Position numbers and translations under genes: made by a program
Notes under the pieces: generated by a model
Database searches by the model: none
Seen by the model: the letters and a program-made list of their open reading frames with translations, nothing else
Told to the model about the DNA's origin: nothing
In this document: positions 36,501 to 48,500 of the stretch, piece by piece
How the letters are laid out: the number at the start of each line of letters is the position of its first letter
How positions within the stretch are numbered: the stretch's first letter is position 1
Origin: Antedon mediterranea
Taxonomy: Eukaryota > Animalia > Echinodermata
Assembly: GCF_964355755.1 (NCBI RefSeq)
Contig: NC_092674.1
Span: forward strand, 17,918,001 to 17,982,000
Length of the DNA stretch: 64,000 nucleotides
Reading direction: 5' to 3'

Positions 36501-39500
36501 AGTTTGTTCGGCGTACTGTCGTTTGGGCTAGTGGTAGATGGTCACACATTGTATTGGATGGTGTAGATACTAGGTGAATGGTTTAAGTTTTCATTGAACT
36601 GCATGAGATAATATTGGATGGTTTGAATTTTGTACGAATTAATTATTGGTGGATGGTATGTATTATGTATTTTTGGCGGGTTTGGCTTTCCATAGTTATC
36701 ACATTCAATAGAGCGCATCTCCGTTATTTGAGCCCGATTTTTGCAGATATTTTAGTATGTGCTTGCTCAATTAATTATCTTTCTAGTGAGTTGTCAACAT
36801 TTTTATTGTGATGACGTCATCACGCGTAAAAACTTGAATAACCTAGGTCATGTAATTTCAGCTACACCATACATTTGAATATCTTATAGCTCCTCAGAAT
36901 TAAAGGTGACCTTGAAGATTATAATTTATTATGAAAGCTGATGAAATGTAGATATGAATTCATATCAAAATTAAGCCTATCGGATGTTGTGATGTTATCA
37001 TATGGCCAGTTGAAGTTAAAAAGTAGTTTTTAAATTTCTTTAGTCGAAGTTATACAAATTTCAAAGAGCGCGCATTGCGCTTCTACGTGTCAAATTCTCT
37101 TCCAATCCTTATATTTATTTGCTCAATTCATTATCTTTCGAAATTGTCATCTTCGAGTTTATTTTGATAATTCCATCATACCAAAAAATTTGAACTTGAT
37201 GTGTGTCCCATAATTTCACCTATGCTACACTGTATATAGATATACAGTATATACTGTACATTGTATATGGCATATATAGGCATAACTCAGCACTATAAGC
37301 GTATAATAGGATGGCATACATCAACATTTTCCTATCGTATGTTAACGTACGTACATGTTTAAAAAAAATTAATTTCATTAAAATGATAAAAATGATCACC
37401 TATAATTCGTCAAAGTGACGAATTAAATTCTAGTTTAATTTATGTTCGTCTTAAATGCACCTAATTTTGTCTACAATATATATGACACTTAAAGATGTAT
37501 TGTCCCCCAAAAACATAAAAAATGAAGATTAAATCAGACTTTGAATATGTTATTTTGTAGTTTTAATCAAGTTAATCACTTCCATAGAAAAAAAAACGAA
37601 AAAAAAAAATGTTTTCACTTATAAAATGACAAAATAAATGGTAAATTCAGCCAAAAATCCATTGGCTGGCAGCCAATTTGACCATTTTTTGCTTTAAATT
37701 ACATTTTTCTCAGGTAAATACATTTTTTTTCGATCCAATTTTTGGTCAAAGTGGATAGCTATTATGTTACATTAAAATGGAATATTAAAAAAAAATTGTT
37801 TTAAGAATTATTTTTTCAGGGGGACAATACTTTAATGCAAAAATTTCCAAATTATTATTCTGAACTTTGACCTGATAGGCGTAATGAATAATATTAATTA
37901 TATTAAATGATTAATGGACTTAAATTGTATGTAGTACATAAAATTGGTAAATTGTGCTGGGTGTTACCATAAATTCAATGATGATGGAATGTACTCCAAG
38001 GGAGACCAGTCTTTAAAATGTACTCCAAGGGAGACCAGTCTTTACAATGTACTCCAAGGGAGACCAGTCTTTACAATGTACTCCAAGGGAGACCAGTCTT
38101 TAAAATGTACTCCAAGGGAGACCAGCCTTTACAATGTACTCCAAGGGAGACCAGTCTTTAAAATGTACTCCAAGGGAGACCAGTCTTTACAATGTACTCC
38201 AAGGGAGACCAGTCTTTAAAATGTACTCCAAGGGAGACCAGTCTTTAAAATGTACTCCAAGGGAGACCAGTCTTTAAAATGTACTCCAAGGGAGACCAGT
38301 CTTTAAAATGTACTCCAAGGGAGACCAGTCTTTAAAATGTACTCCAAGGGAGACCAGTCTTTAAAATGTACTCCAAGGGAGACCAGTCTTTACAATGTAC
38401 TCCAAGGGAGACCAGTCTTTAAAATGTACTCCAAGGGAGACCAGTCTTTAAAATGTACTCCAAGGGAGACCAGTCTTTAAAATGTACTCCAAGGGAGACC
38501 AGTCTTTAAAATGTACTCCAAGGGAGACCAGTCTTTAAAATGTACTCCAAGGGAGACCAGTCTTTAAAATGTACTCCAAGGGAGACCAGTCTTTAAAATG
38601 TACTCCAAGGGAGACCAGTCTTTTTGACTGATTGGGCCACCCTGCTTAAATATTGTTAATAAATAAAATAAATAAATTCTTTCTTCAAGATTCTACAAGA
38701 TGTCTCAGAACCATTACATACCTTAACACCAGAAATTTTAATATCCGAAAGGGAATGCTCATTATTACAAAAATGGGTGGCTACAGGTAACCCGGGAGTC
38801 TTTAGTTTAAGACCTTAAATGTTCTACAAATCTATCACCTAACCTGCGTTTAGTTTTACCAATATATAGCATATTACATTTAGTACACGAAATACAATAA
38901 ACTAGATTTCTAGTGGTGCAAATAATATGATCTGTGAAGGTTCTACTATTTTGTTTGAACATGAAACGTAATTACATGTCGAACATCTATTTCTATTACA
39001 TTTGAATGTTCCTGTTGATTCATTAGCTTTTTTGTAATTTAGATTTAACTAAAGTGTCTTTAATGCTTTGATCTCGTCTGTAAGCTATCATGGGTGGTTC
39101 TTGAAAAATATCTTTTGTAGCGGATTTATCTTCAGTCAAAATCGAAAAGTTATCGCGGAAATTGTTAATAAATTTCTTATTCATAGGATGATACGCGAGG
39201 ACTATAGAGATCAGTATACTGAATATATAGATATACAGTATACTGAATATATTCGGTTGACTATTTTCATTCGCATGCAATTGGCTACTCACCGAAAATA
39301 TTGTAAAATTTCTGAAATTCAATAACCAAGATGACGCACAAGTGCTATGTTATGTCTCAACAATGGGCAGACATCAACCCGCCTCTTTTGCTTGGTGACA
39401 AGGGTTAGGGTTTTCTTAGGCCTAGGTAGTTTGGTAATCATTTGATGGGATTTCAAACCAATAACAAAAATGAATCTTATGCGAAAATAATATTTATATT

Positions 39501-42500
39501 TCATTTCCTACAACATACATTATTTTGAAAACAAAACTACATTGTATTTATTGGTAGATTAAAAACATACCCACCCGCCTCATTTAGCCAAAAATATGAC
39601 ATAAACCTACCTCATTCTTCTGACATTTGTGGTCTGCTAATAGTTTTGACTTTATGTACAAGTCTCTAGTTTACAGACTAAATCAAAACATTGACTGGTA
39701 TAGTAAAAGAACAAACATAAAAAAAATACCATAACCGCACATTGTGTTTGTAAATTATATATAATGCAAAAAATAAATGTTACCTCCGATTTTAACGCAT
39801 TCCTCTTTGTGCCGCATATTCCAAGCTTTAAACTTACAGGCCTTGCTACAGTAAAAAACTTTCTTACAGCGTGAGCATGCAGACAGTCTTATACCTAGTG
39901 AACGACCGCACTCATAACAGTGCTTGAACAAAGGCTTTCTGTAAAATAACCGAACATGTTCTTTAAAAAATCTAAAAAATATATCCAAAGAAAGCAATAA
40001 AAATAATGATAATAAGGAAGCAAGCCAAATATTTGTTAGATTTTAAATTATTATAAATATTTATTTATATGATGTAATGGCAATTTGTTGTACCTCTTTC
40101 ACACCAAAACTACTGTATGCAGTGATCATCGGAGACACCCCAGGGTTTGTGACCATTCGAAACGTCGAGAATCTCCTCCGGAGATACCTCATTCACACCA
40201 ACCTAGCCACACCGAGGTTTATAAAATAAAATTGTAAATACCTCCCTCTATTTTGTTTGTTTACATAGCGACGATCATTAGAATCATTTTAATTTTTAAT
40301 ATTTTTAATTTATTATTTATTTTTTTTTTTATTTTTATTTATGACTCAGAAGTCATATAATGTTTTATTAATACTAGTTATTATTTTTTAGACCCGCTAT
40401 ATTTTTTTTACAAATATTTAAAGTATTTTGAAATAAAACTAAAGCAATGATTGATTGTGTGAGGATGACCTCTTGTTTGTTGTTGGTACCTTTCACACCA
40501 ACCGTCCTGGTTCGCCCTCCGGAGAACGTTCAGCTGTTCAACCCTGGTGTTTTGAACTCAAGAGTTATTTGATTTTACCTTTCACACCAAAACATCGGGG
40601 AGTCAACTCTGGAGTTTTGCTTTTGGTGTGAAAGGGATATTATTCTTTTGCTCTTGTTTAATGTAGGACTAGCCACTTCTTTTTCCATTAGTTGGCATCC
40701 TGATCTTTATAACTTGTAAACATCTAAATGTTATACCTTATGATTTCATCTTCATCTCTGTCTACTAAAAGGTGTTCATGACCATCATTATCTTTGATTA
40801 CTGAATTAAACATAACTTGTCTAGTCAGCGCTTTTGTATTGTCCTCACATGAATGTTCAACCTTTTCTTTCATATGCTGGATGTCTGAACCTAAACATCT
40901 GCTTGGATTAGTGCCTGTGAGAATAAAATCAACCAATATAAAGTATCATATTACAGTAACCATGCTGATTTTGAACATAGCATAATCTATTTATTTATTT
41001 ATTATTTATTTATTTATTCTTTCTTTATTCTGCAAGCACTTTCAGTACTAGTGCACTGATTTCCAAAGTGGTACAGTAATTGAAAATATAACAAACATAA
41101 TAAAATAAAGACAAAGAGTAATTGAAATATACATTAAAAATAGCAATCAATTTTAGAAAACAAAAAATTTTGTTAAAAATGTTGAGTACTAATTGTATTT
41201 TGGAATGAAGTTATTGAAAAATCTTTAAAGTTAATTTTTAATCCATTTGGAAGTTCATTCCAGCTTTTAGATGAACGATAAGTAAAGGTTTTTTTGCCTT
41301 GACAAATGTTCCAGGTGGTTATGTTGTTGCTAACGTTTTCCGTCTTCCGACATTACGCTTTCCACAATTTGTTTCCATTTTTTCTGTTTATGGCAGGATG
41401 GTTTGTTATTGTGTTAGTGTCTACTAGTCCTTGTAAGTCTTTCTTTATTTGATTCATCCAGTTATTTCTTGGTCTTCCTACGGGTCGTTTTACTTTCCTG
41501 TTAGTTTCCTTCATTGTTTGTTTGATTGGGGTATCATCCGGTAATCTAATTATGTGTCTATACCATTTTAGTCTCCTTCGTTTAATTCTTTTACTCCATT
41601 CTTCTTGTTTTGTTATCTCGTATATTTTCGTGTTACACACTCTATCTGTTAATTTAATATCTATCATCTTTCGCAACATTTTCCTGTGATATATATCTAT
41701 ACTCTCTTGTAATTTTTTGTTTAGTACCCAGAGTTCACTGTTATATAAGAAAATACTTGCTATGTATGCGTCAAACAAACGGGATTTCACGTCTATAGAC
41801 ATCGTTCCAGGTGGGGACAACTAAATTGTTATGGCTTTGGCTTCGTGTGCCTTTAGAATGGGTAGTGTTATTAAAAGTCAATTTTGAGGTCAAATATGGA
41901 GGAGCACACCCTTTTAAACACTTGAAAGTCATTAATAACAATTTTTCATTCCAGAGTACATTTTAGTCTATTCCAGCCAAGGTTATTTAAAATAAAATCA
42001 ATTGAGGTCTTAATATCAACAGAAAGCAAAATTCTACCTAATCTATTCATGAGTACTTGTAAAAAATTAGTATTTTGAACATTACAATTAGACCATACAC
42101 AACAACAATAATAAAAAAGGGGAAAAACAAGAGCGTTGGCTAACATTTTAAGCGTATATGACGGAAGAAAACATTTTACACGCCGGATGACACCAATACG
42201 TTTTGAAACATTTGAGGATACCTTGCTTATGTGATCATTCCAATTTAATTGCGGATCAAATGTGACCCCAAGATATTTAAAAGAGTCAACTCGTTCAATA
42301 ATATCTCCATTATAAGATATTGAAATATTCTTTAAATTTAGGAAGAATGTGGTTTGTCCCAAAAATCATAAGTTTTGTCTTTTTGATGTTCAATGTTAGT
42401 TTATTAGTTTTAAACCTATTAGCAATTGTATTTAAATAGGCATTTAGCTCGTATTGAAGAGTGACTGGGTCAGAAGAATTACAAAGAATAGTGGTGTCAT

Positions 42501-45500
42501 CTGCATACATAACACATTTGCATGGCATAATATCTGGTAGGGAGTTAACATGAATAATAAACAAAAGAGGACCTAAAATTGAGCCCTGTGGTATACAAAT
42601 ATTTATATTCATAAAATCAGATTGAGAAGTGTTAATATTTACAACTTGGGATCTGTTTCTTAAATATGATATAAACCAATCTAGTTCATTATTACTGACT
42701 CCATAACATTTGAGTTTATTTACCAGGAGTTCATTATCAACTGTATCAAAAGCTTTCTTAAGATCCAGGAATATTGCTGCTGTAGCCTTACCATCATTCA
42801 AATTATTTAGTATATAGTCAGACACGTCTATTAATGTAGTGTCAGTAGAATTGTTTTTTCTAAACCCTGATTGAGATGCATTAATAATATTATTAGCAGT
42901 TAAAAAGTTATACAGTTGATCATGAACTGCTCGTTCAATTATTTTGGAAATAATTGGCAGCACAGAGATTGGTCTATAATTGCTTGGGTCGTTTTTATCA
43001 CCATCTTTGAATACTGGAGTTACTTTTGCTTTCTTCCATTCAGATGGAAAGATTGAAGAAAATAAAGATAAATTACAGATATACAGTAAGCAATTGTATC
43101 ACAAATCACTGGTGCGGCCAATTTTACCAATTTACAATCTAAGCCATCTATACCAGTGGCTTTGTTACCAGAAAGCCACTATAATAAAGCTCTACAATAT
43201 ATTCCTTATAATTATTTAGAATCATTAAGGTTCACAAGTAGCACATCTTGCCTCTTTATTCATCATGAGAAAATTATATTCGCTGTCGAGTAGCTAACAT
43301 GACGGAATAAAACGATAAAAACATTTACATGCAGCCAAAACATCATATTATTGCATTTAACCTAAAAATTGGAAAAAAATACTGTAAAGATATTACAAAG
43401 CCGAATTAGTGTAATCTATGATAAATAAGATAAGATAAGATAACTTTTATTGATCCTCAAAAAGGAAATTCATTGCTCGTCATAATAACAAAGAAAACAC
43501 TATAAAAACAAATATAGCATAAAACCATTCATATAAAAACATCTAAAAAATTACAATATAAAATTATCTTCTTGACTTCCTGTTGTACTGGATGATACCG
43601 GAGGGAATAAAGGATTTAGCAAATCGATTTGTTTTCACACTGAGGAGCCTCAATCTACCACTTGGATTAAGTTGGTCTATGATCACTTTGTGGAGAGGAT
43701 GAGAGGCATCCGACTCAATGCGTTCGAAATATTTCTGGAGGTGTTCTAGGTGCACATCGGTAAAGGAAGGCAGTTCCAGACCAATCATTTTATCAGCCCG
43801 ACGGATGAAAGTTTCAAGGTGTCCTTTATTCCCTCCGGTAACATTACCAGCCCAACAGGAGAGGCAATACGTCCAAACACTACATATAACGGATCTATAG
43901 AACGAAAGTAACATCAAATCACAGGAGTTAAATTTATATAAAGTTCTCATACAATACATTCTGGGACTTAATTTTTTGCTGATGAAGTCTATATGGTCTC
44001 CCCAACTCAGTTTATCATTGAAAACAATTCCTAGATACTTGTACTGGTCAACAATTTCAATTTCTTTACCTTTGATAGTGATTGGTTGAAAATTAAATTT
44101 ATGTTTAGTCCTAAAATCAATGATCACCTACTACATGTTTCTGTAGGGTTTTTTGTTTTGCTTAATAGCTCAATTAAATGTATAGCAACCGTTTGCATGT
44201 ACTTGTATGTCCAGAGAGAGCATTTTCTTACAATTTCCCTTTATACATACATGTAAATTTATCACCTCAAAGTCAGTACTGTATAATTTATTTGATAACA
44301 TCACTTTTACCTGCCACACAGCAACACACACATTGTTTTTTGAAATAAACCTTTTCAGTATTACTTTTTGCCACGTAAAAATCATCTTGGTCATGATTTG
44401 AGTTGTGTACCAAATAAAGCACATAGTAATCACACAAATGACAATATTTCTTACCTTGTTTCTCTTTAAAGCCTGAAGCTTCACGCAAGCTATTTCCAAG
44501 GTAAGATAGTAGCCTCTGACGCGCATTATAAGTGTCTCTTTCTGTATGATTAAGTGCATGGTACGGCATGTGTGCTATACGTCGATCCTGTTTATTAAGT
44601 ACAATTCCTGATACATTATATATGTATAATATAAAAACTGTACAGTGAAAGGTAATAAAATCAGACCCATTCCCTACAATTTGTGACGTTTTGTAAAAAT
44701 AATGCATATATATTACTTTAAAAACATTAAACCAGGTCATTCCTTGTCTTAAATGTACATTTTATGGTAAATTATGATAAAAAGAGAGAAACAATGCACT
44801 ACCTAAGTAGCTCGCGGTGAATGTCCTCTCGTTGGCCGTATTTAGGCCTAGCCTAGCTAGGCTTTGTTTTGTAGGCCTAGCTGGTAAACATCGATAACGT
44901 ACAAACATCATATGCTAGATATAAGGCCTAGCCTCACGTTGTATAATTGCTGCATTAATTATCTTTCTGTTTTTGCCAGACTTCTATGATGTTAGATTTC
45001 ATTTGCTATACAGTATTATATAACACCTAGATAAATTCCTGTCATTTGATTGGACGATTGTGGGTGACATGGCGGGCAATAGAACGCACTATTCAACGAT
45101 CGTTTAATAGTACTTTTTTTCGTGTAAAAAAAAAAAATCTGTTTGCGTTTAGAAAATGTTTTTTTTATTCTATTGCTTTTGAAATACAACAGCGCCACCT
45201 ATTTTGTACTTTCGTTGCCAATCAATGTTATTGTTATGACTGGTTTAGCGATGGATACATTTTGGAGATATATTATGTAGTAATTTAGATCAAAAAAGCA
45301 TTTAAATTAACGCCGTGGCTAAAGATACAGTACCGTATCTTAACTTCCGTTTGCTAAAGATACGGTAAAATTGCATTATGTCATAATCAGCCAATGGGGT
45401 GCTGGTATGTGTGTGACGTCATCGTATAAGGACTTTGTATTTTTTTCCATATGGCGTCTGTAGAGAATGCCTATCGGCGGTGCCAGGCTGCATGAATGTG

Positions 45501-48500
45501 TGCGCTGATTCTGTGACTCAGCCCGGGGCTAGACCTAGCATTGTTGAATCCAGAAGTTTAATAACGGGCGACAACGTCGATGCTGTACTAATAGAGCAAG
45601 TTCATGTGGTTGGTGGACGTTACATAAAGCGTTTAAAGCATGCACTCAAACAATCTCAAATATTATTTCATTATACAACATATAGTAATATAGTAGTATT
45701 ATAATCCGATATGTTGATAGCAAAATTAGAAGTAAAGGAATTATAATTAAATGTTGGAAAATGTTTTGAGTCCAGTTCATTCGTCCATAGTTACTATATG
45801 AGGGTTTTATTTTTATTCCAAATGGCCTATTTAGGTCAATATTTTATTTTGTTTACAGATGGTGACCATAAACAACAAGCAAATGCGGACAATAAAGTGG
45901 CCTTTAAATACTATGATTTAGACAGTAGCCCCAGGGCTGAGTCACAGAAATCTGCGCACACATGCAGCTGGTTACAGCCTGGCACCGCTTTTCCTACACA
46001 AACAAACTCATATAATGAGGCTATAGGTTATAGTACGTAGTAGGCCTCTTTTGAAACGGTTTTCTGTATTCTAGAATTAAAAATGTTTTGGCTTTTCAAT
46101 AATAAAGTAACATTTAGTTTTTGTCACACACAACGGCGATAATAGCGATAAATGAAGCATAAAGAAAAAATTAAGCGGTTGATCACTGTTTTCGCGATAA
46201 AACAAATCCAAAGTCCTTATACAATGACGTCACATACCAGCATGCCATTGGCTGATTATGACGTAATGCAATTTTACCGTACCTTTAGCAAACGGAAGTT
46301 AGGATACGGTACCGTATCTTTAACCACGGCGTTAAATTAACTTTAGATCATTTTTAGGATTTTGATTAATAAATGGGAACATCTCTACAAGACATGGAAT
46401 CGTTGGAAAAAACATAATTAGCCTTGATGACTTCAAGTTGCCTGTAGAAGTTTCGTATTGCTGTCTTTCAGCCTAGCTAAGGCCTAAGTATTGGGCCTAG
46501 GCGTTTTAGCCTTGCTAGGCCTAGGATTGTTTGGTCGTTTGTTGACATAATTAACACCAGGGCCTAACAAGTAGGTGCATTTATAAAATCCATATAAATA
46601 ATAATATTTAATATAATTATTAAAAACCAAATGTTACTGTTTTAATCAATGTAAATCAAATGTAGGCCTTGGCTAGGCCTACCTTTTATTTTATTCAAAT
46701 GACAGGAATCTATTTAGACAAATAATGAATGTTTTACATTTGTGTAATGGTACAAATAATGGTATTTGGTGAGTGATGAAAGGTTATACATTACATAGAC
46801 ATATATACTATAACATTGGATAGTTTTGCTCTTTGAAGCAATGTATATTCAAGTAAACATCACTTGTGTTCATGTGGTTTGGTGTGCACAGTATCAGAAA
46901 ATTCAAGTGGAATCTAATACATATAATTAACAATTACCTGATTAAAAGTGAAATGAGCATAGTCAACTGCTGTTCCTATAAGATTCTTAGGTCCAACTGC
47001 TACTGGGGCTAGGATATTGGCTCCTGCTTTAAGTAATTTACTAACCTTTAAGATAAATATAGAAAAGTAACAAATGAGTGATGGTTAATGAGCGAGATAG
47101 TAATCATCAATATCATTCCCTTAAACATGTTAAAAATTGGAATAAAAGACGGGTCCCGTAATTTCACCTGTTGGTTGGTTATACAGTAGCTTATCATGAC
47201 AATACTGCTAAATATAATCCCATATTTTATTAATCGGCATTTGGTATTGCATGCCTGTCTGTTTTATGAAACTTGATGTATTCATTGTATTGTTTTGTCA
47301 ATGCGCCATGAGCATCTAATTTTTTATTGTTTACAATAATTGTTTTTAATTGCTGAATCTTAGTACACAACTCGATAACAGCATCATATGGTAAACTATT
47401 CAAAAAAATTATAAAAAATACTATTTTACTTTGTAAAACATGCGTTTTAATACAAATATATTGAAAATAAATCGAATATTACAGCTCTCTTCCATCAGGT
47501 GTAAAAATCAGTGCTCATGACTGTGACTGCAGTTGGTAAAAAATTATTCAACCGTTCCATTCTTATTTATTTTTTTTAATGATTTTACCACCACAACCGT
47601 AGACTATAGGTAATTGGTTACAAAATAAGAGCTATAGTTTTTGATCACTATTTAAATATGTGTTTAGTGTGGTACTTATACTGTATACTATAAATACAAA
47701 ATATATAATCAATTAGAGTGATACCTCTATTAAGGGAACAAAAGGGTTAGGGTTAAGGGTTCTACTGTATTCGAGAACCAGTATACAATTCAACAACTTC
47801 TATGATAATAACAGCTTCCTATTACATCCAAACTAATTATTGTTACTATTAAACCATACCAGATTTATCCTGTCTTGAGGTGATCTTCTGAATTCATATT
47901 CAGTATTTGAAGCAACACACAAAGCAGAACCAATACCTTGCCCCAGGGGAAGACTTGGGTCAGCAGAGAAAGACAATAACTCATCAACTGCCTAGAATAT
48001 AAGTTTATAAAATGGAATCATATGGAGAAGAGGAGGAAAATGGAAGCAAATTAGAGATATTTTTGTGGAAACCACAGAAAAATATGTACCTAAAGATGTA
48101 AAAAGCAAAGCAATGATGGATGACTAAAGATATCTAGAACATACCTATAAAACCAAATAAAAAATAATATTTAACAAACATTAGATGTTTTCTCAGTATT
48201 GATTAAAACTATAATGAAATAACATAACTTTACTGATCAAATAACTTGATTACCTTGTAAAACCATCGATATCATAGTTTGGACAACTTTTAATTTATAT
48301 CTTTTACATTGCGTATGATTAACAGGATGAGAAAACATTCAATTTTTGTTAAATATTAGTTTTTATTTGGTTTTATAGGTAGGTTCTATGATTGGTCAAT
48401 ATTGACATTTGACCCTTAATCACAAAGGATTTTTTTTCATAAGGTCATTGAATAGACACCTATAATCATAAAAATGTAATAAAAGACCAAATTGTCCTTC

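Larger units (their letters stand above)
33666..37435 (+). mobile_element. Full-length non-autonomous Helentron (DINE-1/HINE architecture) interrupted by a foldback element
   Basis: 5' subTIR TAGGTGATCATTT (33673-33685) with adjacent IR (33692-33704), (TTC)n microsatellite, 3' subTIR AAATGATCACCTA (37390-37402), 10-bp stem-loop (37403-37425), TCTAGTT end, T-rich flanks. Confidence 0.8.

Noticed and set aside
37988-38623. CRISPR-like 29-bp repeats
   Set aside because: Units are directly adjacent with no unique spacers, there are no cas genes, and the context is a eukaryotic intron. ORF 37944-38219 is just the repeat translated.
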